From positions 8,054-72,053 of the forward strand of contig JAWRJF010000096.1 in the NCBI GenBank assembly GCA_040307645.1: DNA of 64,000 nt, given 5' to 3'. A model generated the notes under the pieces. That model did not search any database, had not been told where the DNA came from, and saw only the letters and a program-made list of their open reading frames with translations. This document shows positions 19,188 through 27,634 of this stretch, piece after piece (the first letter of the stretch is position 1; each line of letters opens with the position of its first letter). This DNA comes from Anaerovoracaceae bacterium (lineage in GTDB: Bacteria > Bacillota > Clostridia > Peptostreptococcales > Anaerovoracaceae). The translations under genes and the position numbers were made by a program.

Positions 19188-20399
19188 ATGAAAACAAAAA
19201 AATTATTTAAAGATGATGTCTATTTAAAAGAGACTTCGGCTACAATTACTGATATATTAAAAAAAGAGGATAAAATCTACGTTTTACTGGATCAAACAGT
19301 TTTTTTCCCCACCGGTGGTGGTCAAAGCTGTGATACCGGTTATATTGGAAGTTGCCAAGTTATTGATGTCTTCGAAGAGGATGATATGGTGCTTCACCAG
19401 ATTGTAAATGATAATCTTCCTAATATTGGTGATAAAGTAGATATCTCTATTAATTGGGAAAGACGTTTTGACAATATGCAACGTCATTGTGGTGAACATA
19501 TTTTGTCTGGAATGTTTTACAGAGAGTATGGCGGAGTAAACCGTGGTTTTCACATGGGAGACGATTACATGACAATCGATATAAGTCTTGAGGAAAATCC
19601 TGAGTTTACTAAAATCACCTGGGATATGGCAAAGCACGCGGAACTTTGCACAAATCAAGCTATTTGGAATAATGCTCCGGTGATTACAAGACATTTTGAC
19701 CATCGAGAAGATGCAGAGAATTTACCTCTTAGAAAAGCCCTTTCCTTGGAAAATGATATTACTATTGTTTGTGTGGGGGATATAAATAATCCGGAGGACT
19801 GTGTGGCATGCTGTGGAACTCACCCTTCTACTGCAGGTCAAGTAGGCTTAGTAAAAATATATAAAGTAGAGAGCAATAAAGGGATGTTCCGAATTTATTT
19901 TGAAGCAGGAAAACGCGCTTTCCTTGATTACCAAAACAAGTTTGACATTTTGACCACTATGGAAAACAATTTATCTGCAGGGAATAACGATCTGCTTTCT
20001 AAATATGCAGCACAACAAGAGAAAAATAAATCTATTAAGAACGAATTGTACCAATTAAAGAAATCCGTAATTTCTAATGAAGTCCAAAGGTTAACTCAAG
20101 TCATATGCGAGAAAAATGTTGAAATATACGACAATTTGTCTATTGACGATATACTATCTATCGGTCGCCCTCTTATTGGTAAGATCCCTACTATTCTTTT
20201 TTTAGTTCATAAGCCTTCTAATACATTGCTTCTATTTTCAAACGGCGACAAAAAATATGATTGCGGCATGCTGGTAAAAGAAAATGCAAGTATTTATAAT
20301 GGAAAAGGTGGTGGAAATAATACTTCTGCAAGGGCAATTTTCCCTAAATATGATTATATTGAAACATTTATTGACTTAATTGAAAAACATTTATTATAA
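19188..20399 (+). CDS. alaX: Alanyl-tRNA editing protein AlaX-L-like (Thr/Ala-tRNA synthetase second additional domain)
   Basis: 403 aa. Zinc motifs HCGEHILSG (HxxxH) and CCGTH (CxxxH). Confidence 0.75.
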   Translation: MKTKKLFKDDVYLKETSATITDILKKEDKIYVLLDQTVFFPTGGGQSCDTGYIGSCQVIDVFEEDDMVLHQIVNDNLPNIGDKVDISINWERRFDNMQRHCGEHILSGMFYREYGGVNRGFHMGDDYMTIDISLEENPEFTKITWDMAKHAELCTNQAIWNNAPVITRHFDHREDAENLPLRKALSLENDITIVCVGDINNPEDCVACCGTHPSTAGQVGLVKIYKVESNKGMFRIYFEAGKRAFLDYQNKFDILTTMENNLSAGNNDLLSKYAAQQEKNKSIKNELYQLKKSVISNEVQRLTQVICEKNVEIYDNLSIDDILSIGRPLIGKIPTILFLVHKPSNTLLLFSNGDKKYDCGMLVKENASIYNGKGGGNNTSARAIFPKYDYIETFIDLIEKHLL

Positions 20400-20564
20400 A
20401 ATCTGTCCAATTATTTCTAGTACTTTATTATTAGAGTTCACTTTTTTTCACGCTAATACGAAAGTCTGAATATTTTAAATAGTTGATTAAATAAGTTGAC
20501 TTTTCCTGTATATAGGCATAGTATAATTATAGCAATTATATTATTTCTATAAGGAGGAATAAAA

Positions 20565-22031
20565 ATGGAAGAGAAAGCAAAGAAGACTAGAACGGTTAAA
20601 CAGTCCAGAGTATACCATTCACTTATCACTTTCGGCATTTTAATAGGTATAATGGCAATCGGTATTATTGTTTATGGCTCTAACGTTCACATTCCAATGT
20701 TTATTGGCGTTATTGCTGCCGCAGCCATGGCTCTCTATTTAGGTTATGACTGGGATACTATTGAAACTGCTATGAAGGATGGAATTTATAACGCTCTTCA
20801 AGCAATTATGATTTTGGCAATCGTCGGCGTACTAATTGGAATATGGCTCCTTGGAGGTGTAGTTCCTGCAATGATCTACTATGGATTGAAACTACTCTCG
20901 CCATCAATTTTCTTAATAGCTGCGCTATTGATTTGCTCTATTACATCATTGGCCACAGGTACTTCTTGGGGAACAATGGGAACTATGGGACTAGCTCTTA
21001 TGGGTATTGCAACAGGACTTGGAATTCCTGCTCCAATGGCTGCAGGTGCAATTATTTCCGGATCATATTTCGGTGATAAAATGTCTCCACTTTCCGACAC
21101 CACTAACTTAGCTCCTGCAATGGCAGGTACAGATGTTTTTACTCACGTAAAATTCATGACTTTCCCAACTGTTATTGCTTATACTATATGTATTGTTGCT
21201 TTCGGTATTATGGGAATATCTTATGCGAAGAGCGGAAACACTGCTGACATGAGTGCTGTTTCAGAAATGAGTAATGCAATAGCTAGTGAATTTACAATTA
21301 ATCCAATTTTATTATTGCCACCAGTAATCGTTATTGTGGCAGTTGCTATGAAAGTTCCGGCAATTCCTGGTATTACATTAGGTATTATAACTGGTGCTAT
21401 TTTAGGCCCTATTATTCAAGGTGGAATTAATATTGGAGAATTATTAGAAGCAGGAATGACTGGATACGAAAGCCACACAGGTATTGAAGCTATCGATTCC
21501 CTATTAACTTCTGGCGGACTTACTCAGATGCTTTCATCAATTTCACTTACTATTATAGCTATGATGTTTGGTGGAATAATGGAAAAAACCCATCAACTTG
21601 ATATATTGGTAGAAAAGATTGTAAGAATTGCTAAGAAACCTGCATCTTTAGTTTTGACTACAGAGTTAACTTGTTTCCTAAGTAATGCTACAATGCCAGA
21701 GCAGTATATCTCTATTGTTGTACCTGGAAGAATGTATGCTGAAACTTACAAAGACATGGGACTTCATCCAAAAGTTCTTTCAAACGCTCTTGAGAGTTCA
21801 GGTACAGTAACATCAGCATTAATTCCATGGAATACATGCGGTGTATACATTCTAGGCGTATTAGGTGTTTCTGCATTTGAATACCTTCCATATGCTCTAT
21901 TTAATATCTTAATGCCGATTACAACCGTTATACTAGCATATTTAGGTATTACCTTAGCAGATAAGGATGGATATAGAATGACTAAGCGTGCACAAGCTAA
22001 GAAAGCTGAAGAAATGAAACAAACTGCATAA
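20565..22031 (+). CDS. nhaC: NhaC-family Na+/H+ antiporter
   Basis: 488-aa polytopic membrane protein with NhaC-like length and composition. GGAGG RBS. Confidence 0.8.
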   Translation: MEEKAKKTRTVKQSRVYHSLITFGILIGIMAIGIIVYGSNVHIPMFIGVIAAAAMALYLGYDWDTIETAMKDGIYNALQAIMILAIVGVLIGIWLLGGVVPAMIYYGLKLLSPSIFLIAALLICSITSLATGTSWGTMGTMGLALMGIATGLGIPAPMAAGAIISGSYFGDKMSPLSDTTNLAPAMAGTDVFTHVKFMTFPTVIAYTICIVAFGIMGISYAKSGNTADMSAVSEMSNAIASEFTINPILLLPPVIVIVAVAMKVPAIPGITLGIITGAILGPIIQGGINIGELLEAGMTGYESHTGIEAIDSLLTSGGLTQMLSSISLTIIAMMFGGIMEKTHQLDILVEKIVRIAKKPASLVLTTELTCFLSNATMPEQYISIVVPGRMYAETYKDMGLHPKVLSNALESSGTVTSALIPWNTCGVYILGVLGVSAFEYLPYALFNILMPITTVILAYLGITLADKDGYRMTKRAQAKKAEEMKQTA

Positions 22032-22043
22032 GCTTACATATAT

Positions 22044-22075
22044 AAAAACTGGATGCAATCTGCATCCAGTTTTTT
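22044..22075. terminator. Bidirectional terminator between nhaC and atoA
   Basis: AAAAA-CTGGATGCA-ATC-TGCATCCAG-TTTTTT. Confidence 0.8.
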
Positions 22076-22100
22076 AGTGTATTTGTATTTGTGTTTATTC

Positions 22101-22757
22101 TTATTCTTCTTCCATTGGCTTTAAGTCTGGGCTGAAAATCAATTTGCAGCCAGTAGCAGCCTGGATGTCTTCTTTAGTGTAATCAGGATGTAATTCTGTA
22201 ACTACAATTCCTTCCTCAGTAACTTTCATAACTCCCATTTCAGTTACGATTAAGTCTACACATTTTTCTGCTGTTAAAGGTAATGAACACTTTTCTAGGA
22301 TTTTATGGTTTCCTTTTTGAGTGTGAGTCATAGCAATGATAACTTCCTTAGCACCAACTACTAAGTCCATAGCACCGCCCATTCCAGCTACCTTTTTACC
22401 TGGGATAATCCAGTTAGCAAGGTCTCCGTTTTCTGCTACTTCCATTGCTCCTAAAACTGTTGCATCTACGTGTCCACCTCTTACAATTCCGAAACCTGTT
22501 GCTGTATCAAAGAAGTTTACTCTTGGAAGAACTGTTACATATGCACCACCTGAGTTGATAATATCTGTATCTTCTTTTCCTTCTTCTGCAACTGCATCAA
22601 GTCCTACGAATCCATTCTCTGAGTGAAGAGTTACTACAATATCATCTGAAAGATAATTTGCACACATAGTAGGAAGGCCAATTCCAAGATTTACAACGTC
22701 GCCATCTTTAAATTCTTTTGCTACTCTTCTAGCAATTCTTTCTTTTATATCTGCCAT
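22101..22757 (-). CDS. atoA: 3-oxoacid (acetoacetate:butyrate/acetate) CoA-transferase subunit B
   Basis: 218 aa with the SENG catalytic-Glu motif (LHSENGFVG). It overlaps the subunit A gene by 13 nt. Confidence 0.85.
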   Translation of the reverse strand: MADIKERIARRVAKEFKDGDVVNLGIGLPTMCANYLSDDIVVTLHSENGFVGLDAVAEEGKEDTDIINSGGAYVTVLPRVNFFDTATGFGIVRGGHVDATVLGAMEVAENGDLANWIIPGKKVAGMGGAMDLVVGAKEVIIAMTHTQKGNHKILEKCSLPLTAEKCVDLIVTEMGVMKVTEEGIVVTELHPDYTKEDIQAATGCKLIFSPDLKPMEEE

Positions 22758-23458
22758 TTTTTCTCTCCTTCCACAACTGCATCAACCATAACTCCTGCGA
22801 TTGCATATGTATCTGGGTCTAATTCACCGATTTCAACAACTTTTTCACCAGCTAAGATAACATGGTCAGCTGCGCCAGCCATTACATAGTTAAAGTTTTT
22901 AGTTGCTTTTGCACACATGAAGTTACCGAATTTATCACATACTGTTGCTCTACAAAAAGCATAATCAGCACGAAGAGGTCTTTCAAGTAAGTATTTCTTA
23001 CCATCAATTGTTAATACTTCTTTTTTTCTGCCTAATTCATCTAGTTCTTCTTCCATTAGAGTACCAACTCCTGTTGGTGTTAAAACTCCACCAAGACCAT
23101 AGTTATAAGCTCTGATCTTTTCTGCTAAAGTTCCCTGTGGAACTAAAGTATATTTTAAAGTACCTGCAGATATTTGTTCGTTAATTTTAGGATTTACGCC
23201 AATATGTGAAGCAATTAAATGGTCAACCATATGGTTTTCTAATAGTTTACCAATACCTCTTGCTGTTTTAGCTCCATACTGACCGATGTCTAATCCACCG
23301 TCATTACCGATAACTGTTAAGTGCTTTACACCTTTTCTTACTAAAGCGTCCATTAAGATTTCTGGTGAACCTGTTCCTAAGAATCCACCGACCATAATGG
23401 TCATTCCGTCTTTAACGCCTGCAACTGCTTCATCTGCAGTTATTACTTTGTTAATCAT
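22745..23458 (-). CDS. atoD: 3-oxoacid CoA-transferase subunit A
   Basis: 237 aa with the AtoD/ScoA-type N-terminus MINKVITADEAVAGVKDGMTIMVGGF. Confidence 0.85.
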   Translation of the reverse strand: MINKVITADEAVAGVKDGMTIMVGGFLGTGSPEILMDALVRKGVKHLTVIGNDGGLDIGQYGAKTARGIGKLLENHMVDHLIASHIGVNPKINEQISAGTLKYTLVPQGTLAEKIRAYNYGLGGVLTPTGVGTLMEEELDELGRKKEVLTIDGKKYLLERPLRADYAFCRATVCDKFGNFMCAKATKNFNYVMAGAADHVILAGEKVVEIGELDPDTYAIAGVMVDAVVEGEKKWQI

Positions 23459-23498
23459 TTTAACGTCACCTTTCTATTTCATATTTTAATTAAACAAA

Positions 23499-24854
23499 TT
23501 AAACTAAACCAACTATTAGGAAACCACCACAAACAACAATTCCTACAAAGAATAACGTAACTAAACAATACCCCATAATGTCTCTCGCTGAGAGCCCTGC
23601 AATACCAAGTGCTGGTAATGCCCAGAATGGCTGAATCATATTAGTCCACGCATCTCCCCATGCAATAGCCATTCCGGTAATTGATGGGTCAACTCCTAAT
23701 GTTTGCCCTGCCGGCATCATAATCGGACCTTGTACAGCCCATTGTCCTCCGCCAGAAGGAACAAAGAAGTTTACGATACCTGCTGAAAGGAATGTAAATA
23801 GTGGGAATGTTGACTGATTAGATATTGATACAAAACCATTACTAATTACTGCTGCAAGAGATTCACTAGCCTCCGGAGCATATGTCATCATACCCATAAT
23901 TCCTGCATAAAAAGGGAACTGAAGTATTATTCCAGCTGCGCCTTTAGTAGCATCGGAAATTGCTCTTACGTAATTAATTGGTGTTTTATGGCAAATTATA
24001 CCTAACACTAGGAATATAAAATTAACGATATTTAAAGTAATATTAAATCCGTTATTCATAAAATAATATATTAAATAAACTACACCTGCTATTGATATAA
24101 CACCAGATGCAATTGCACTGTTCTCGATTTTTTCTGCCGGTGTAACCGGAGCTTTATACTCTATAGCTTCGTCTATCAACAAGTTAGGATCAACTACAAC
24201 TACTTGATCGTGACTTGGATGCATTTTCGCATTAATAAATGGTAGACAAACTAGTATTACTAAAATCATAATTATATTGTATGGAGCGAATATTGTCATA
24301 GAAGTTGATATAGCTTCAGTAACTGCTCCACCTGTAGCTGCAGCCAAAGCTTCTTCGCCTGGCGTTGCTAAGGCTAATGGAATAGAACCAGAAAATCCTG
24401 CATGCCAGATTACGAAACCCGAATATGCAGATGCGATAAGTAAACGATAGTCAATACCTTTTACCTGTCTTGCAATTTCTTTAGCTAAAATAGCTCCTAC
24501 TACTAGTCCAAACCCCCAGTTAATCCAACATGCAATAAGCGAAAAGAAAGTCACTACTATAATCCCCTGTACCGGTGATTTCGCTAATGATGCAATCTTT
24601 GCCACAACTTTTTTTATTACTGGTGCATTAGCAAAGGCGTTACCTAATACTAATACTAAGGCCATCTGCATTGAGAATGCTAGAAGATTCCATACTCCTC
24701 CACCCCAAGCATTAACCAATTCAATTGGACCTGCCCCTGTTGCTGGGATAGCAGCCACGAATACAATAACAGTTAAAATGATGCAGAAAATAAATGGATC
24801 TGGCAAATACCTATTTACCAAATGTACGCATCCGTTGGACAATTTTTTAAACAT
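23499..24854 (-). CDS. atoE: Short-chain fatty acid transporter (AtoE family)
   Basis: Polytopic membrane protein upstream of atoDA. I moved the start to the ATG at 24854 (MFKKLSNG...), which has a GAGGTG RBS. The track's 41-aa extension covers the promoter. Confidence 0.8.
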   Translation of the reverse strand: MFKKLSNGCVHLVNRYLPDPFIFCIILTVIVFVAAIPATGAGPIELVNAWGGGVWNLLAFSMQMALVLVLGNAFANAPVIKKVVAKIASLAKSPVQGIIVVTFFSLIACWINWGFGLVVGAILAKEIARQVKGIDYRLLIASAYSGFVIWHAGFSGSIPLALATPGEEALAAATGGAVTEAISTSMTIFAPYNIIMILVILVCLPFINAKMHPSHDQVVVVDPNLLIDEAIEYKAPVTPAEKIENSAIASGVISIAGVVYLIYYFMNNGFNITLNIVNFIFLVLGIICHKTPINYVRAISDATKGAAGIILQFPFYAGIMGMMTYAPEASESLAAVISNGFVSISNQSTFPLFTFLSAGIVNFFVPSGGGQWAVQGPIMMPAGQTLGVDPSITGMAIAWGDAWTNMIQPFWALPALGIAGLSARDIMGYCLVTLFFVGIVVCGGFLIVGLV

Positions 24855-24915
24855 TTTACACCTCTCAATATAATTATAATTTTGCATAGTTAAAAATTTA
24901 ACCATGTTCGCCATC

Positions 24916-24944
24916 ATTATAATCCCGAAATGTAAAATTGTCAA
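24916..24944 (-). promoter_or_regulatory. Consensus sigma-A promoter for atoE-atoD-atoA
   Basis: Minus strand reads TTGACA (24944-24939), a 17-nt spacer, then TATAAT (24921-24916). Confidence 0.55.
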
Positions 24945-24986
24945 ACTTTTGTCACAATTAATACAATTTAAATTCATTTAATGATA

Positions 24987-25014
24987 AGGGCAATAGCTAA
25001 ATAGCTACCGCCCT
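24987..25014 (-). terminator. 12-bp-stem hairpin after the kamDE remnant (possible end of the sigma-54 operon)
   Basis: AGGGCGGTAGCT-ATTT-AGCTATTGCCCT on the minus strand. The trailing U-tract is weak (TATCATT). Confidence 0.4.
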
Positions 25015-25049
25015 CCAATTAACTTTTATTGCAAAGGCTAAGATTTTTC

Positions 25050-25261
25050 TTAGATTCTGCCTCTCTTAACAATTTCAGTCGCAATGTATGACATTACGTG
25101 TTCTGCATATGTGTGAGGACCGAATCCAACATCATATCCTATTTCCTGTGCTAATTCATATAAGAATCCGTTTTCAATTTCTGGATCCATTTCAAATGCG
25201 TGAGCAAGTCCCATCTGTTCTTCTTTAATGTTAGCAAGTACTGCGAACTGTTCATTACCTT
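25050..25261 (-). pseudogene. In-frame chimeric remnant: an internal KamD-like segment fused to a KamE-like C-terminus
   Basis: My translation is ...NEQFAVLANIKEEQMGLAHAFEMDPEIENGFLYELAQEIGYDVGFGPHTYAEHVMSYIATEIVKRGRI*. The first half matches KamD (NEQFAVLANIPEEQMGLGHAFEMDPNTEDGFLLEL). The second half matches the KamE tail (HELAQELGYDAGFGPGKYAEHVMSYIMQEVEKRG). There is no usable start codon. Confidence 0.7.
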
Positions 25262-26056
25262 TTAGCGATCAGAAATGTTAGCTTTATCCTTCCAACCTCT
25301 CTTTTCAACTTCTTGCATGATGTAGGACATTACGTGCTCAGCATATTTTCCTGGGCCGAAACCTGCATCGTAACCTAATTCTTGTGCAAGTTCGTGAGAA
25401 ATACGAGGACCACCACAAATTAAAACAACCTTTTCTCTAAGACCTTCAGCTTCAAGAAGTTCAACCATCTTAGTTAAGTTCATGATATGAATATCTTTTT
25501 GTGTTACTGTTTGTGATACTAATATTGCATCAGCATTAACTTCCTTAGCCTTTGCGATAAGTTTTTCGCAAGGAACCTGTGAACCCATGTTATATGGGAC
25601 TACATGCTTAAATCTTTCAAGACCGAAGTGTCCGTGGAATCCTTTCATTTGAATGATAGCATCGATACCTACTGTATGTGCGTCAGATTCAATTGATGCT
25701 CCAACTACTACAATATCTCTACCGATATTTTCACCAATCCATTCTCCACATTCAACTCTGTCTAACACATTACCCTCAACCTTAGGTACTTTGATAGCTG
25801 TGTAATCGATTGTTTGTTGAGCTGCTCCGTAAGCTACAAAGAAAGTAAATCCAGGAGCTAATTCGTGATAATATGTTATGCTTGGTTCATCAAAACCAAG
25901 TTTCTTTATATATTGCTTAGCACATTCTTCTGCTTCTTCACCATAAGGAACAGGAAGTGTGAAAGCCATTTCTACTTTACCGTCGTTTAATGTGTCACCA
26001 TAAGGTTTTACACATGTTAAGTCAGCTTTTGTTACTGCTGTTTTATTTTCTGACAT
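25262..26056 (-). CDS. kamE: Beta-lysine (D-lysine) 5,6-aminomutase beta subunit, B12- and PLP-binding
   Basis: 264 aa. DxHxxG cobalamin-binding motif (ESDAHTVGID), Rossmann-like B12 domain, adjacent to kamD. Confidence 0.9.
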   Translation of the reverse strand: MSENKTAVTKADLTCVKPYGDTLNDGKVEMAFTLPVPYGEEAEECAKQYIKKLGFDEPSITYYHELAPGFTFFVAYGAAQQTIDYTAIKVPKVEGNVLDRVECGEWIGENIGRDIVVVGASIESDAHTVGIDAIIQMKGFHGHFGLERFKHVVPYNMGSQVPCEKLIAKAKEVNADAILVSQTVTQKDIHIMNLTKMVELLEAEGLREKVVLICGGPRISHELAQELGYDAGFGPGKYAEHVMSYIMQEVEKRGWKDKANISDR

Positions 26057-26069
26057 TTAAGCCACCTCC

Positions 26070-27623
26070 TTATTTATGTTCCATGAATCTTTTTGTGAAT
26101 GGGTTGAAGTAATTTTCGCCTCTTGCGCATACGCCTTCAAGACCGTGTCCACCGTCTTTTGGACGCTTAACTCCACCGAACTTACCTTTTTCGATAGTTG
26201 AGAAAAGTCCTTCTTCTTCAACTTCTGCAAGCAGTGCGTCAGCTTTTTTAAGAACGTCTTGTGCACGGCTTTGGATGATACCATCCTTCTTAAATTCAAC
26301 TTCTTCACCGATATGCTTACAGTTGTTGAAAATGTATTGAGCATTTTCAATTGAAAGATATCTATCATGCATATGAGGTGTGTGGATAGCTTCTGTAAGC
26401 ATACCCTGTAATAATAATGACTGTTGTGACCAAATTGCTACTAAGTTAAATAAAGCATCTTGGATATGTCCTTTAAAGATGTTACCAGTCATGAACTTTG
26501 TAGGTGGCATGTATTTTAATCTTGCCTTAGGGAAGATTTCTCTTGCCATAATAGCCTGTGATAATTCAAGTAAGAATCCGTCTTCAGTGTTAGGATCCAT
26601 TTCGAAAGCGTGGCCTAGACCCATTTGTTCTTCCGGAATGTTAGCTAATACTGCGAACTGTTCGTTGATAAACTGAGATGCTGTAACTGTATGAGCTGCT
26701 TCTACAGCGTCGTCAGTTGTTAAGTAGTTATCTTCACCTGAGTTGAAGATAATACCACAGTATCCGATGATAACTCTTGACATGAACTGGTCAACAAGAG
26801 TTCTCTGCATGTTGATATCTCTGAATAGGATTCCGTAGATAGCGTCATTAAGCATAACGTCTAATCTTTCTAATGCTCCCATTGCAGCGATTTCTGGCAT
26901 ACACATTCCTGAAGAGTAGTTACATAATCTGATGTATCTTCCAACTTCTTCACCAACTTCGTCAAGAGCTTTTCTCATGATTCTAAAGTTTTCCTGTGTA
27001 GCATATGTTCCACCGAAACCTTCTGTTGTAGCACCGTAAGGTACATAGTCTAATAGAGACTGAGCTGTTGTTCTGATTACAGCAATAATATCAGCACCCT
27101 GACGAGCTGCAGCCTGAGCCTGAACAACGTCTTCATATATGTTACCAGTAGCTACGATAACATATAGATAAGGTTCTGGACCTGATCCAATTCTATCAAG
27201 ATATTCTTGACGTTTTGCCTTTTGCATATCAATCTTTTTGAAAGTTTCATTGATTGCAGGCTGTAAAGCTTCTTCTGCTTCTTCTTTAGTGCATGTTGGA
27301 AGTTTGGTAATCTCTAACTTTCCTTGTGCAATATCCTCTGCGATTTCCTGTGGTGTTTTGCCAGTTTGAACGATGGCATTACCAATCCAGTAAGCAACTC
27401 CAGTAGAAAGAGCGCCAGCTTCTTTGATGTGGTCAACTACTACGTTTGGAAGTGGGTTATCAACGTCATCCACTCCGTCTACACCCAATAACCTTAAGAT
27501 TGTTCTTTCAGTAGAAACTGTAGTGTGTCTTGCTATGAAATCTTGCATATCCTTAGCGATATTCTTTGCATGATTACGAGCACTGTCAACAACCTTAAAG
27601 TCAAGATTTAATTTGCTTTTCAT
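26070..27623 (-). CDS. kamD: Beta-lysine (D-lysine) 5,6-aminomutase alpha subunit (TIM barrel)
   Basis: 517 aa. Size and position next to kamE, within a kamA/kdd/kal cluster. Confidence 0.88.
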   Translation of the reverse strand: MKSKLNLDFKVVDSARNHAKNIAKDMQDFIARHTTVSTERTILRLLGVDGVDDVDNPLPNVVVDHIKEAGALSTGVAYWIGNAIVQTGKTPQEIAEDIAQGKLEITKLPTCTKEEAEEALQPAINETFKKIDMQKAKRQEYLDRIGSGPEPYLYVIVATGNIYEDVVQAQAAARQGADIIAVIRTTAQSLLDYVPYGATTEGFGGTYATQENFRIMRKALDEVGEEVGRYIRLCNYSSGMCMPEIAAMGALERLDVMLNDAIYGILFRDINMQRTLVDQFMSRVIIGYCGIIFNSGEDNYLTTDDAVEAAHTVTASQFINEQFAVLANIPEEQMGLGHAFEMDPNTEDGFLLELSQAIMAREIFPKARLKYMPPTKFMTGNIFKGHIQDALFNLVAIWSQQSLLLQGMLTEAIHTPHMHDRYLSIENAQYIFNNCKHIGEEVEFKKDGIIQSRAQDVLKKADALLAEVEEEGLFSTIEKGKFGGVKRPKDGGHGLEGVCARGENYFNPFTKRFMEHK

Positions 27624-27634
27624 CCTTTTTCTCC

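Noticed and set aside
20400-20564. Lysine riboswitch (L-box) upstream of nhaC, upstream of the kdd operon or upstream of aspartate kinase; T-box upstream of metG
   Set aside because: I looked for the conserved L-box AGAGGNGC...GGTGAAA-type core and for a T-box AGGGTGGNACCGCG motif in 20400-20564, 32868-33260, 14319-14396 and 6900-6990. I found neither.
24855-24977. 41-aa N-terminal extension of AtoE in the ORF track
   Set aside because: The extension covers the consensus TTGACA-N17-TATAAT promoter. The ATG at 24854 has a GAGGTG RBS, and a hydrophobic transporter sequence begins right after it.
26057-26368. 103-aa minus-strand ORF overlapping kamD, plus the many 60-180-aa ORFs antisense to or out of frame with large genes (for example 2212-2748, 14500-14847, 31897-32346, 60613-60951)
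   Set aside because: These are shadow ORFs inside genes with strong homology-type motifs. They lack RBSs and their amino-acid composition is odd. None is needed to explain the region.
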